Origin: Mucisphaera calidilacus
Lineage (GTDB): Bacteria > Planctomycetota > Phycisphaerae > Phycisphaerales > Phycisphaeraceae
Length of the DNA: 32,000 nt
Reading direction: 5' to 3'
Assembly: GCF_007748075.1 (NCBI RefSeq)
Contig: NZ_CP036280.1
Coordinates: forward strand, 2,040,001-2,072,000
Positions 19,825-31,165 of this stretch are shown one piece after another. The position numbers and the translations under genes were made by a program. The notes under the pieces were generated by a model, which saw only the letters and a program-made list of their open reading frames with translations, did not search any database and had not been told where the DNA came from. Each line of letters begins with the position of its first letter. Within the stretch, counting starts at the first letter, position 1.

Positions 19825-21750
19825 GTGAAGAACCTTTCCTGGATTGTGTACGCGGTTAGTCTGTTGCTCCTGCAGGGGACCTGGTCGCGGGGCGAATTGC
19901 TTTCCCCTCGTCTGGATCTGGTGAAGATTCCGTCGGAGCCGACGCCAAGCATGCGTGTTTCGGAGGTTCGTCCGGGGATGCGTGGTGTTTGTCTGACGGT
20001 TTTTTCGGGGACGAAGATCGAGCCTTTTGAGGTGGAGGTGATCAGCGTCATTGAGCGTAGTGGTCCGGGTCAGGCTGTGATTTGGATGCACTCGGAGGAC
20101 CCTCGGATGCTGGTGACGGGTCCGGTTCAGGGGATGTCGGGTTCGCCTGTGTACCTTTGGGATGGCGAGGAGCCGAATGATCCTGATGACGAGCGTCTGG
20201 GCGGGGGTCGTCTGATCGGTGCTTTTGCGTATGGGTACGCGAATACGAAGGGTTGTCTGATCGGTGTGCAGCCGATCGAGCAGATGGTTCCGGTGGGCGA
20301 GCGTATCGGCAAGGCGCCGGTGGATTACGCTCGTGGGGCGCGACGTGCCCTCGACACGGTGGGATCGGGTCTGGCGTCGGTGGAGGCGGATGCTGGCACG
20401 GAGGCGCGTTGTGCCGCGTGGTTGTCGGTGTTGTCGCCTTGGACGGCTGGCGGTCCTGCGCGTGGCGGTGTGGTGTTCAACGATTCGCTTCGGCCGATGT
20501 CGTTGCCGGTGACGGGTCTGAGCAAGCGTTTTCTGGAGTTGGGTCTTCCGCTGGAGGTGGGTGGCGGGCTGGAGCTGGTTGCGGATGGTGGGAGTGTGGG
20601 GCCGCCTCCTGCGTGGATTGATCCTGATGCAAAGCTGGAGCCGGGGTCGGCGTTTGTGGTTCCGCTGACGACGGGCGATCTGGACCTGGCGGGCGTGGGG
20701 ACGACGACGGATGTCCGTCCGGACGGGACGGTGCTGGCGTTTGGTCACTCGATGAACGGGGAGGGTTCGAGCGCGTTGCCGATGGCGACGGGCTACGTGC
20801 ACTTTATTGTTCCGAGCCGTGGCAACAGCTTCAAGCGTGGTACGCCTTTGCGTGTGGCTGGGACGTTGCTGCAGGACGAGACGGCCGCGGTTGCGGGTCG
20901 TGCGGTGCTGGAGCACACGATGGCGACGATGCGTGTGGCGGTGTCGATGCCGGGTCAGCCGGATCGGTCGTATGCGTATCAGGTGGCGCGCCATCCTTAT
21001 TACACCCCCCTGCTGTCGATGATCTGTGCGGCTCGTTCGCTGGCCGCGGAGCAGATGCCGCCTGTGGAGAGCACGACGCGTTACGCGATTGACTTTTCGT
21101 TTGATGACGGGCGGACGCTGGCGGTGAAGAACACGTCGGTGTCGGGGAGTTTTGCGTTGTACAGCACGATGATGCCCGTGATCGCGTCGGCGATGAGCAA
21201 TCCTTACGAGCCGCTTCGGCTGTCGTCGGTGGATGTTGATCTTGAGGTCACGGAGGGTGTTCGGACGGCGGAGTTGCTGGGTGCGCGTCTGGCGAAGTCG
21301 ACATTGGAGCCCGGCGAGGAGGCGGTGGTTTACGTCGAGGTTCGGCGTTACAAGGGTGAGGCGGAGACGGTTCGTCTGGTGATTCCCGTGCCTGAGGGCA
21401 CGGCGGAGGGTCAGTATCAGTTGTTTGTTGGCGGTCGTGCCTCGCACCTGATGCGGATCATGCGTTCGCAGCCGCACCGCATGGAGATTCGTGGTCTGGA
21501 CGATCTGTTCACGGTGATTGATGAGATCGAGAACACGCCTGCGGAGGGTTTGTACGGGATGCTGATTGCGGAGGGCGGGGGTTTGGCGGTGGGTCGTCAG
21601 TCGCTTCCGGATCTGCCAAGCAGTGTTCGGGCGTCGATCACGTCGAGTGGTCAGGCGTCGGTGTTCAGCGAGGTGGTAACGTCCCGCGCTGAGTTGGATC
21701 TCGAGATTTTTGGTGAGTACCCGTTGATGCTGACGGTGACGAAGCCCTGA
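19825..21750 (+). CDS. SpoIVB/S55-type serine peptidase domain protein, secreted
   Basis: Signal/anchor MKNLSWIVYAVSLLLLQG. VCLTVFSGTKIEPFEVEVISVIE followed by VTGPVQGMSGSPVYL...RLIGAFAYGY matches the S55 catalytic-serine block (GIVQGMSGSPI...GAVTHV in SpoIVB). GTG start. The C-terminal ~450 aa are unassigned. Confidence 0.72.
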   Translation: MKNLSWIVYAVSLLLLQGTWSRGELLSPRLDLVKIPSEPTPSMRVSEVRPGMRGVCLTVFSGTKIEPFEVEVISVIERSGPGQAVIWMHSEDPRMLVTGPVQGMSGSPVYLWDGEEPNDPDDERLGGGRLIGAFAYGYANTKGCLIGVQPIEQMVPVGERIGKAPVDYARGARRALDTVGSGLASVEADAGTEARCAAWLSVLSPWTAGGPARGGVVFNDSLRPMSLPVTGLSKRFLELGLPLEVGGGLELVADGGSVGPPPAWIDPDAKLEPGSAFVVPLTTGDLDLAGVGTTTDVRPDGTVLAFGHSMNGEGSSALPMATGYVHFIVPSRGNSFKRGTPLRVAGTLLQDETAAVAGRAVLEHTMATMRVAVSMPGQPDRSYAYQVARHPYYTPLLSMICAARSLAAEQMPPVESTTRYAIDFSFDDGRTLAVKNTSVSGSFALYSTMMPVIASAMSNPYEPLRLSSVDVDLEVTEGVRTAELLGARLAKSTLEPGEEAVVYVEVRRYKGEAETVRLVIPVPEGTAEGQYQLFVGGRASHLMRIMRSQPHRMEIRGLDDLFTVIDEIENTPAEGLYGMLIAEGGGLAVGRQSLPDLPSSVRASITSSGQASVFSEVVTSRAELDLEIFGEYPLMLTVTKP

Positions 21751-21782
21751 TGCGTTCGGAATGAGCGCAGGAGAGTGATGCG

Positions 21783-24212
21783 ATGCTTGGATTGACTGGT
21801 CGCGGCGCGTGCGCTGCTTTTGCGGTGTTGCTGGTGCTGTGTGTTTCGGGTGTGTCGCGGGCGATCGTTCCGGTGACGGTGGAGCAGGCGACGGAGGCGG
21901 ATTTCTCGGAGGGTGTGACGGAGGGGACGCGTGTGACGAACACGGGTCGCGTGGCGTTGGCGAAGCGTGTGGAGGACCTGGCGGAGGGCGGGGAGGCGTT
22001 TTCGTCGGTGTTTGACGTGTTGTTCTCGGGTGACCTGACGCTGGTGTGTGTGGCGGCGGGGCCGTCGGGGTATTTCCATCTCGCGGTAGGCGAGGAGCCT
22101 GTGGCGGTGGGCGGCGTTGAGGAGGCGGAGCAGGTCTTCGCGTTGTGTGATGTTGGCGGGAAGCGGCTGGTTGGCGTTTCGGGAGAGGGGACGTCTCGTC
22201 TGGCGTGGGAGACGGCGGGTGCGGATGGGGGCGTTGTTCTCGAGACGGTGGTTGAGCTTGAGGGCGTTCGGTACGTGTGGGATATCGTGGCGGTTTCGGC
22301 GGAGTTGGTAGCGGTGGCGACGGGCACTGAGGGCAGGGTGCTGCTGGTGAATCTTGCGGCTGGTGAGGACGAGCCGTTGGTGCTGCTGGAGACGGAGCAG
22401 CCGAACGCGTTGTGTCTGGCGACGAGCCGTGACGGGAAGACGGTTTACGTGGGGACGGATGGGGACGGGCTGGTTTACCGGGTGACGGGTCTGGATGCGG
22501 CAGGTCCTGAGGTTTACGTGATGTATGACGCTGGCGAGCCGGAGGTGGCTTCGCTGCTGGCGTTGGAGGATAGTTCGTTGCTGGTGGGGACGGCGGACGC
22601 GGAGCAGGCGAAGCCCGGGCGTCTGGAGGAGGCGGTGAGCGAGTCGGAGGGTGAGGTTGAGGGCGAGGGCGTTGTTGAGGAGGCGTCGGAAGCGGCGGTG
22701 GAGGCTGAGGCTGATGAGCCTGCCGAGGCGGTCGCTGTTGAGGAAGAAGTGAACGAGGAGGAGGTGGTTGAGGACGTCGCGGTGGTGGAGCCGGATGTGG
22801 TGGAGGTGACGGACGAGCAGCGTGATCGTCTTCGTGATGCGTTGCGTGAGCGGCTGCTGGTCGCGCGTGAGCGTGGCGAGTTGAAGACGGGTGGTCTGGC
22901 GAGCAAGGGTGGTGAGAAGAAGTCGGAAGGGCGTCGGCCTCGGCCTGCGTCAGCGGCGTCGCAGGAGGAGGGCAACGCGGTCTATCGGATCACGCCTGAC
23001 GGGTTCGTGGAGACCTTGTTGCGGGAATCGACGACGATGCTTTCGCTGAGTGAGGAGGACGGGGTCGTCACGGTGGGCACGGGTAATGAGGGTCAGGTGT
23101 TCCGGGTGGTGATGGCGACGCTTGAGGTGTCGGTGCTGGCCGATTTTGAGAGCGAGCAGGTGAGTTGGATGGCGGGGATGGGTGAGGGTCGTTTTGTGAT
23201 GGGTCTGTCGAATCCGTCGCGTGTGGTTTCGGTGGGCACCGAGCCGGAGATGCGTGGGACGTTTGAGTCGTCGGTGATTGATGCCGGGCAGATCAGTTTT
23301 TGGGGATCGGGTCGTTTGCGTGTGTTGCTGCCTGCGTCGTCGTCGGTGACGTTCGAGACGCGGAGCGGGAACGTGGCGGACCCGGACTCGGGTCGATGGT
23401 CGTCGTGGTCGTCGCCTCTGGGTCTGATGCCTCATGAGACGGTGCCGGCGGCGGTTCCGCGTGAGGTGTCGATCACGTCGCCTCCGGCGCGTTTTCTGCA
23501 GTACCGGGTGACGCTGATTGGTGATGGCGAGGCGTTGCCTGAGCTGGATGCGGTGGAGGTGACGCACGTGATGCCTAACCTGGCGCCACGGATCGCGACG
23601 GTGTCGGTGGAGGTGCCGGAGGTGGGCGGTCCGGAGGAGGAGGTTGCGTCGGAGTACGGGGTGTCGTGGGAGGCGAATGATCCGAACGGTGACCGTCTGG
23701 AGTATGTGGTTGAGCTTCAGCGGGCGGGGTCTACGGTGTGGCTCAAGGGCGCGGAAGACGTTACTGAGACTGAGTTTGCGTGGCCTGTGAACCGTGTGCC
23801 GGACGGCTGGTACCGGGTTCGTGTGACGGCGAGTGATCTGCTGGACAACCCGCCTGACATGGCGAAGCGGGCCAAGCGGGTGTCGGACCCGGTTCTGGTG
23901 GACCGGACGGCTCCTGAGGTGGAGGAACTGGCGTGGGAGGCGGTTGGCGGGGATCGGATTCGTGTGTCGGGGGTGGCGGTGGACGGGTTGTCGCCGCTGG
24001 TGGGGATCGAGTACGCGGTGGATGGCGGGGAGGCGTATCGTCCGATCGTGCCTGAGGATCTGATCCTGGATTCGACTCGTGAGGCCTTCTCGGTTACACT
24101 GCGGGGCTTCACCGGTTCGGAGCACGTTCTGACGCTCCGGGTGGTGGATCGGCGTGGGAACGCGAAGCTGATCCCGCTGATCATCAAGATGAACCCGGCC
24201 GCCGACGGTTAA
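21783..24212 (+). CDS. Large secreted protein of unknown function (propeller-like N-domain, acidic linker, Ig/FN3-like C-terminal modules)
   Basis: aggagag RBS. Signal peptide MLGLTGRGACAAFAVLLVLCVSGVSRA. An E/V/A-rich acidic low-complexity stretch of roughly 80 aa (SESEGEVEGEGVVEEASEAAVEAEADEPAEAVAVEEEVNEEEVVEDVAVVEPDVVEV). C-terminal blocks such as WEANDPNGDRLEYVVEL and VPDGWYRVRVTASDLLDN. Starts 32 nt after the S55 gene. Confidence refers to it being a real CDS; function is unknown. Confidence 0.7.
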   Translation: MLGLTGRGACAAFAVLLVLCVSGVSRAIVPVTVEQATEADFSEGVTEGTRVTNTGRVALAKRVEDLAEGGEAFSSVFDVLFSGDLTLVCVAAGPSGYFHLAVGEEPVAVGGVEEAEQVFALCDVGGKRLVGVSGEGTSRLAWETAGADGGVVLETVVELEGVRYVWDIVAVSAELVAVATGTEGRVLLVNLAAGEDEPLVLLETEQPNALCLATSRDGKTVYVGTDGDGLVYRVTGLDAAGPEVYVMYDAGEPEVASLLALEDSSLLVGTADAEQAKPGRLEEAVSESEGEVEGEGVVEEASEAAVEAEADEPAEAVAVEEEVNEEEVVEDVAVVEPDVVEVTDEQRDRLRDALRERLLVARERGELKTGGLASKGGEKKSEGRRPRPASAASQEEGNAVYRITPDGFVETLLRESTTMLSLSEEDGVVTVGTGNEGQVFRVVMATLEVSVLADFESEQVSWMAGMGEGRFVMGLSNPSRVVSVGTEPEMRGTFESSVIDAGQISFWGSGRLRVLLPASSSVTFETRSGNVADPDSGRWSSWSSPLGLMPHETVPAAVPREVSITSPPARFLQYRVTLIGDGEALPELDAVEVTHVMPNLAPRIATVSVEVPEVGGPEEEVASEYGVSWEANDPNGDRLEYVVELQRAGSTVWLKGAEDVTETEFAWPVNRVPDGWYRVRVTASDLLDNPPDMAKRAKRVSDPVLVDRTAPEVEELAWEAVGGDRIRVSGVAVDGLSPLVGIEYAVDGGEAYRPIVPEDLILDSTREAFSVTLRGFTGSEHVLTLRVVDRRGNAKLIPLIIKMNPAADG

Positions 24213-24241
24213 CGGCGAGCCCTGAGACAGCGAGCGAGACG

Positions 24242-24391
24242 ATGTCCACTCACTACCCCAAGCGTCGTAGCCGTATCAAGCGATCCCGCATGTGGGGTTT
24301 CCGTGCCCGCATGAAGACGAAGCAGGGTCGGAAGATGATCAACCGCAAGCGTCGTGTTGGTCGGAGCGTGAACGTCCGTCACAACTTCTGA
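24242..24391 (+). CDS. rpmH: 50S ribosomal protein L34
   Basis: 49-aa ORF MSTHYPKRRSRIKRSRMWGFRARMKTKQGRKMINRKRRVGRSVNVRHNF found by hand; it is below the 60-aa cutoff of the ORF track. Carries the L34 core (H/W)GFRARMxTxxGRxxxxxRRxxGR. Confidence 0.85.
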   Translation: MSTHYPKRRSRIKRSRMWGFRARMKTKQGRKMINRKRRVGRSVNVRHNF

Positions 24392-24609
24392 TTGACTGAC
24401 GGGTGGATGATGAGGTTGAAGGGGTGGTGTTTTGTTGTGCGCATGGGGGGCGCGGCGTGTGAGGATTGAATTTCCTTGGGTGTTGCGGGGAGTTGGCTGC
24501 ACAGGCGGTCGGAAAAACGGTATCCTCCGGGTATTGGCAGACACAGGACCCTTGTGTCTCGTGATCGATGAGTACGGTGCGTGCTCATCGTCGTGATCCC
24601 CCCTATTAG

Positions 24610-25926
<1,317 letters not shown>

Positions 25927-25957
25927 GCCGGATCGAGACACGACGAATATGACAGAA

Positions 25958-25987
25958 CCCCTGGGCTGAGAGGCCCGGGGGTTTTTT
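25958..25987 (+). terminator. Rho-independent terminator after eno
   Basis: 9-bp GC-rich stem cccctgggc / gcccggggg with one G-U pair, 6-nt loop, then tttttt. Confidence 0.75.
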
Positions 25988-26195
25988 GTGCGTCGGGCTT
26001 CGGCCTTGCACGGGCTTGAAACAGGCATCCGAGCGGGTTTGGGAGGAGCCACACACAGCAACCTCGTGGACTCGGTTGCAGTGTGCCACCCAAAAGCTCA
26101 TCGACTTGGGCTTCTGCCTCGCGGTGACAACTCGATGAGGGCGTGGGCCGACGGGCTTTGGGGTGCGTGGCATGGCTTGTCGGCCGATTTGCTCT

Positions 26196-26225
26196 TTATC
26201 GATAATGACCTATCATTTGCATCAC
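26196..26225. promoter_or_regulatory. Candidate Fur-family (Zur/Mur/Fur-like) operator upstream of the metal ABC operon
   Basis: Isolated AT-rich island tttatcgataatgacctatcatttgcatca in GC-rich surroundings, about 90-115 nt upstream of the binding-protein ATG. Contains the perfect 10-bp palindrome TTATCGATAA (26196-26205). GATAATGA-cct-ATCATT matches the E. coli Fur box GATAATGA-TA-ATCATT-ATC with one extra central base. Confidence 0.4.
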
Positions 26226-26313
26226 AGGGCATTCATGAGGCCGTTGTGGCTCTTGCTCGAGTGCGGCGGCGCGTGCGTCGTGCCTGCCGCTCCACCCCAG
26301 AGAGACAGAGACT

Positions 26314-27444
26314 ATGCATGATTCGATGGGCAAGCGATGCCGCCTGTTCGCTTGGTTTATGGCCCTGATCCCGCTGGTTCTGTCGGGATGCGGCGGGGGT
26401 GACGATGAAGCCGCGGCGGGTGGTGATGCCGTTCTGGTGTGCGTGAGTTCGACCGACGTGGCGACGCTTGTGGAGGCGGTCGGTGGGTCGGGCGTTCGTG
26501 TCACCGGCTTTGTGAAGGGTGAAGATGATCCGCACGTGGTGAACGCGACGCCTTCGATGGTTCGTGCGCTTGCCGAGGCGGAGTTGGTGGTGGTGGTTGG
26601 CCTGGGTCTTGAGGAAGCCTGGCTTCCGGCGATGCTGGAGCAGGCTGGTGGTTCGAGCGTAAAGCCCGGTGGTCAGGGTTATCTCGACCTGTCGGTCAAC
26701 CTGCGTACGATCGCGGGTCCCGAGGGTCGTGGGGTGCCTGGTTCGTTCCATCCGGAGGACAACCCTCACTATCTGGCTGATCCGGTCGAGGGTGTGAAGG
26801 CTGCGCAGGCGATCGCCGAGAAGCTGTCGGAACTGCGTCCCGAGAAGGCTTCGGTGTTTCGGCAGAATGCGGAGGTTTTCTCGGATAACGTCATCCTCGC
26901 TCTGGTGGGTGAGCACGTCGCGAACAAGATCGACGCGTCGGGTCTTGAAGAATTGGCGATCGCGATTGAGACCGGTGAGCTGGACGCTTTTCCGTACTTG
27001 AAGGCGGAGCCTGAGGTTCTTGGCGGCTGGCTGGGTGCGTTGCGTCCTTACACGGACGTGCCGGTGGTTGGCGACCATGACCTTTGGCCTTATCTCGCGC
27101 GGCGGTATGGGGTGCGGGTTCTTGGCTATCTTGAGCCGAGCCCCGGCGTGCCGCCGACGGTGCCGCACCTGCAGGAGGTGATCGCCACGATGAAGGAGCG
27201 GGACTGCCGGATCATCCTGACGGTTCAGTACTTCGACCCGCAGCACGCGGCCTTTGTGGCAGAGGCCACCGGCGCGGAGGTTGTGCCGATGGCGAATCAA
27301 CCGGGCGGTCGGCCGGGCACGAGCAGCTACCTGGACTTTGTCAATTACAACGCGGGTCAGTTGCTGGAGGCGGTTCGTTCGCAGGCCGGGGATGCTTCGA
27401 CGCAGGACGGTTCGGGTGCTTCCGAGTCGGCGGACGGAGCCTGA
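26314..27444 (+). CDS. Metal ABC transporter substrate-binding lipoprotein (ZnuA/TroA/MntC cluster 9 family)
   Basis: Lipobox LVLSGC. Blocks DPHVVNATPSMVRALAEAELVVVVGLGLE and FHPEDNPHYLADP. GDHDLWPYLARRYGVRVLGYLEPSPGVPPTVPHLQEVIATMKERDCRIIL is typical of cluster-9 metal SBPs. Start is ATG 26314 or 26326. Confidence 0.85.
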   Translation: MHDSMGKRCRLFAWFMALIPLVLSGCGGGDDEAAAGGDAVLVCVSSTDVATLVEAVGGSGVRVTGFVKGEDDPHVVNATPSMVRALAEAELVVVVGLGLEEAWLPAMLEQAGGSSVKPGGQGYLDLSVNLRTIAGPEGRGVPGSFHPEDNPHYLADPVEGVKAAQAIAEKLSELRPEKASVFRQNAEVFSDNVILALVGEHVANKIDASGLEELAIAIETGELDAFPYLKAEPEVLGGWLGALRPYTDVPVVGDHDLWPYLARRYGVRVLGYLEPSPGVPPTVPHLQEVIATMKERDCRIILTVQYFDPQHAAFVAEATGAEVVPMANQPGGRPGTSSYLDFVNYNAGQLLEAVRSQAGDASTQDGSGASESADGA

Positions 27445-27448
27445 CCGG

Positions 27449-28266
<818 letters not shown>

Positions 28267-28270
<4 letters not shown>

Positions 28271-29135
28271 TGGACTTTTTTGAGTCGTGGCCTCTTTTCT
28301 TGCGTCCGTACACGCTCACGCTGCTGGCCGCAGCGGTTCTGGCGATGATCGGCGTAGTGGCTACGGCGCGTCGTCAGCTGTTCATGGCGGTCGCGGTGGC
28401 GCAGACGTCGCTTCTGGGTTATGCGGTCATTTCGTTCCTGTTTGTGCGCACATCGGTGGTGCGTTGGGTGCGGGGGCTCGCGACTCGGTGGTAATCGGTG
28501 CGGCGGTGGTGGCAGCGATGATCACGATGCTGGGCGGCCGTGACAGCCAGGCGGCGGAGGGCGGGCGGCTGGATGGCGATGAGCGTACGGCGTGGGTGTT
28601 CGTGACCGCGGGTTCACTGGGCGTGCTGTTTCTGGCCCACGCTCCGGCGGGGATGGAGCAGGTGAGGCGGCTGCAGGTTTCTTCGGTGGTCGGTGCGACG
28701 TGGCTGGACGTGCTGATCTTCGCGGGGTTGTTGTGCGGTGTTGTGGTGATGGCGCTCTGGTTGATGCGGCCTCTGATCCTGCTGCTGTCGGATCCGGTGA
28801 TGGCCTCGGCGATCGGGCTGCGTGTTTCGCGGTGGAATGTCGCTCTGGCGGTGTTGGCCGGGCTGACAGTCGGTCTTGCGGTGCGTTCGACCGGTGTGCT
28901 GTTTACGTTCGGTGCGCTGGCCGTCCCGGTGATGATTGCCAAGCAGGTCTGTGGCGAGGTGAGGAGCCTGTTTCTGCTGGCCCCGGTTCTGGGTGCGGTG
29001 CTGAGTTTTATCGGGCTCTGGCTGGGGCACGCATGGGACCTGCCGCCCGGTCAGGCGGCGGTGAGCGTGATGTGCGTGGTGCTGCTCGTAGCCCATCTTG
29101 CGCGTCAGCTCTGGGACCGCGTAGGCGTGAGCTAG
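28267..29135 (+). pseudogene. Metal ABC transporter permease (ABC-3 / ZnuB-like), reading frame interrupted by a 1-nt frame change near 28450-28475
   Basis: ATG 28267 overlaps the ATPase stop (ATGA coupling). The N-terminal ~60 aa (MMDFFESWPLFLRPYTLTLLAAAVLAMIGVVATARRQLFMAVAVAQTSLLGYAVISFLFV) are TM-like in frame A, which stops at 28494. The remaining ~220 aa of TM-rich sequence (IGGALGAG...VVIGAAVVAAMITML ... LFTFGALAVPVMIAKQV...) are in the -1 frame through 29135. Total span is 869 nt, which is 290 codons minus one nucleotide. Confidence 0.7.
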
Positions 29136-29225
29136 TCATGTTCATGGGTGGGAGGCGGGTGTGAGTCTCTGTGTGGTTTCGCGGCGCAGGGGTGGGTGAT
29201 CGTCGCGGGTGGTTATGCTGTGGGG

Positions 29226-30518
29226 ATGATGCGAACGTTGATGTGTGGCGTGTTGGTGGTGGTGTTGCTCGCGGGTACGGCGTGGGGTGATGTGGTTGAC
29301 GCGTGGATTGATTACGGGTTGACGGGTGAGGATCGTCCCGCGTCGGCATTGGTGGAGGCGTCGGATTTTCGGATGCGGCTGCGCGGCGTTGATCCGGCGG
29401 AGGCGGAGGCGATGCTGTGGGCGCTGGCGCGTCGCGGGGAGGTGGAGCCGCAGACGCTGCTGGACGTTTCGATGCTGGCGCGGATCCCGGAGCGGACGCG
29501 TCTGGCGGCGGTGATGTCGCTGGCGGAGTATCCGAAGGAGGAGAGCTACGTCTATCTGCTGGCGCTGGTGGCGACGGGTGCTGCGGAGGACTCGGTGTTT
29601 GAGCGGCTGGTGACGTGGCGTGCGATCCTGGCGATGCCGAAGCCGGATATGCGTTCGGTGAGCATTTCGCCTGACAAGATGGTGCTGGCGCACTGGGTGC
29701 AGGAGCCGTCGGAGGAGGATCGGGGGTTGTGGCCTTTGTATCTCGCGGCGGTCTATCAGGTGGGTGAGGCGATCGCGTCGCGGAAGCCGCCTGGTCATGA
29801 GCTGGGGGATGCGACGCGTCTGGCGAGTGTGGAGGCTGCGGACGTGTGGGGGTATCGGTTCATGGATTCGGAGCGACCGGCGCTGGAGCGTGTGCTGACG
29901 ACGCGGATTGACGTGAATTTCCGTGTTGTGGACATGCGTGATGCGTTTGGATCGGATCAGCCTGGGGTTGCGGAGTTGGCTCTGCTGACGGTTCAGGAGC
30001 GTTTGGGTGTTGAGGATCGTGCGGCGCTGCTGGGGTGGTTGCGTGCTCAGGAGGGGGAGCGGGCGATGCGAAGTGCGTTGCTGCTGGGGACGCTGAACGC
30101 GTGGGGCGGCGGTCCGATGCTGGTGCCGCGTGATCTGCCTGAATCGCTTGATGGGTATGGGCAGCTGCTTCGTGCGTCGGATCAGGCGGAGGCGTTGCCT
30201 CATGTCGCGGTGCAGTTTGCTCGTGCTGATTCTTCGGCGGCGGGGGCGTGTCTGCTGGTTTTGCTGGAGCGTGGTTATTTCTCGGAGGCGATGGGTTTGT
30301 TGTTTCCGCTTGAGGGCGAGCCGGTGTTGGATGTTCGCGACTGGCTGGTCGAGGAGCGGGGTTGGCATCTGCTGGAGAAGCATCTGCCTGAGGGTTCGCC
30401 TGGGTTCTGGTTGTATGGCGATGAGGCGGTTCAGGCGTTTCAGTTGCGTGTGCTGAAGCGGTGGTGGGGGCTGGCTGTGGAGCGTGGCGGGGTGGCCGAG
30501 CGGGGCGTGATCCGCTAA
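29226..30518 (+). CDS. Secreted hypothetical protein (Leu/Ala/Arg-rich, probably helical)
   Basis: The ORF has codon usage consistent with its neighbours. A plausible signal peptide MMRTLMCGVLVVVLLAGTAWG begins at ATG 29226, so the ORF-track start at 29148 is less likely. No motif recognised. Confidence 0.55.
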   Translation: MMRTLMCGVLVVVLLAGTAWGDVVDAWIDYGLTGEDRPASALVEASDFRMRLRGVDPAEAEAMLWALARRGEVEPQTLLDVSMLARIPERTRLAAVMSLAEYPKEESYVYLLALVATGAAEDSVFERLVTWRAILAMPKPDMRSVSISPDKMVLAHWVQEPSEEDRGLWPLYLAAVYQVGEAIASRKPPGHELGDATRLASVEAADVWGYRFMDSERPALERVLTTRIDVNFRVVDMRDAFGSDQPGVAELALLTVQERLGVEDRAALLGWLRAQEGERAMRSALLLGTLNAWGGGPMLVPRDLPESLDGYGQLLRASDQAEALPHVAVQFARADSSAAGACLLVLLERGYFSEAMGLLFPLEGEPVLDVRDWLVEERGWHLLEKHLPEGSPGFWLYGDEAVQAFQLRVLKRWWGLAVERGGVAERGVIR

Positions 30519-30559
30519 GTTTTGCGTGACGAACATTTATATTTCAATGAAGGATCAGC

Positions 30560-31165
30560 ATGGAAAACCCCGCGCCCTCGGAACACCCGATGATTGATGT
30601 CGCCAAGCGTCGCTGGAGCCCTTACGGCCTGGCGCCGAAGGTGATTCCGGCGCAGAAGATTCGTTCGCTGATGGAGGCGGCCCGCTGGGCGGCGTCGTCG
30701 TTTAACGAGCAGCCCTGGCGTTTTATGCTGGCGCCGCGTTCGGACGAGGCGGCGTTTGAGAAGGCGCTGGGTTGTCTGGCGGAGGCGAATCAGGCTTGGG
30801 CGAAGAACGCGGGGCTGTTGATTTTGACGGCGGTTCGTGAGTCGTTCACGAAGAATGACAAGCCGAACCGTGTGGCGGAGCATGACCTCGGGTTGGCGGT
30901 GGGGAACCTGTCGTTGCAGGCTACGGCGATGGGCTTGTTCGTGCACCAGATGGCGGGCGTTGATCTGGACGCGGTGCGTGATGCTTATGGTGTGCCGGAG
31001 GGGTTCCGGGTGATGACGGCGATCGCGGTGGGACATGCGGCGAAGGCGGACGAGGTTCCGGCGGAGCTTCGGGCGCGTGACGAGGCGGAGCGTGTGCGCA
31101 ACGACTTCGACACGTTCGTGTTCGGGACGAGCTGGGGCGAGGCGTCGGCTGTGTTCAAGGATTGA
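30560..31165 (+). CDS. Nitroreductase-family FMN oxidoreductase
   Basis: RWSPYGLAP...IRSLMEAARWAASSFNEQPWRF is the nitroreductase N-terminal signature. Also EHDLGLAVGNLSLQATAMGL. aagga RBS before the ATG. Confidence 0.85.
   Translation: MENPAPSEHPMIDVAKRRWSPYGLAPKVIPAQKIRSLMEAARWAASSFNEQPWRFMLAPRSDEAAFEKALGCLAEANQAWAKNAGLLILTAVRESFTKNDKPNRVAEHDLGLAVGNLSLQATAMGLFVHQMAGVDLDAVRDAYGVPEGFRVMTAIAVGHAAKADEVPAELRARDEAERVRNDFDTFVFGTSWGEASAVFKD

Noticed and set aside
25988-26368. 126-aa ORF in the eno/SBP intergenic region.
   Set aside because: No RBS, and an Arg/Gly/Ala-rich composition without motifs. It runs across the candidate operator and into the SBP gene start in another frame.
28440-28480. 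Programmed -1 ribosomal frameshift as an explanation for the split permease.
   Set aside because: No X XXY YYZ slippery heptamer and no obvious downstream stimulatory structure in the overlap. A simple 1-nt indel (real or technical) is more parsimonious.
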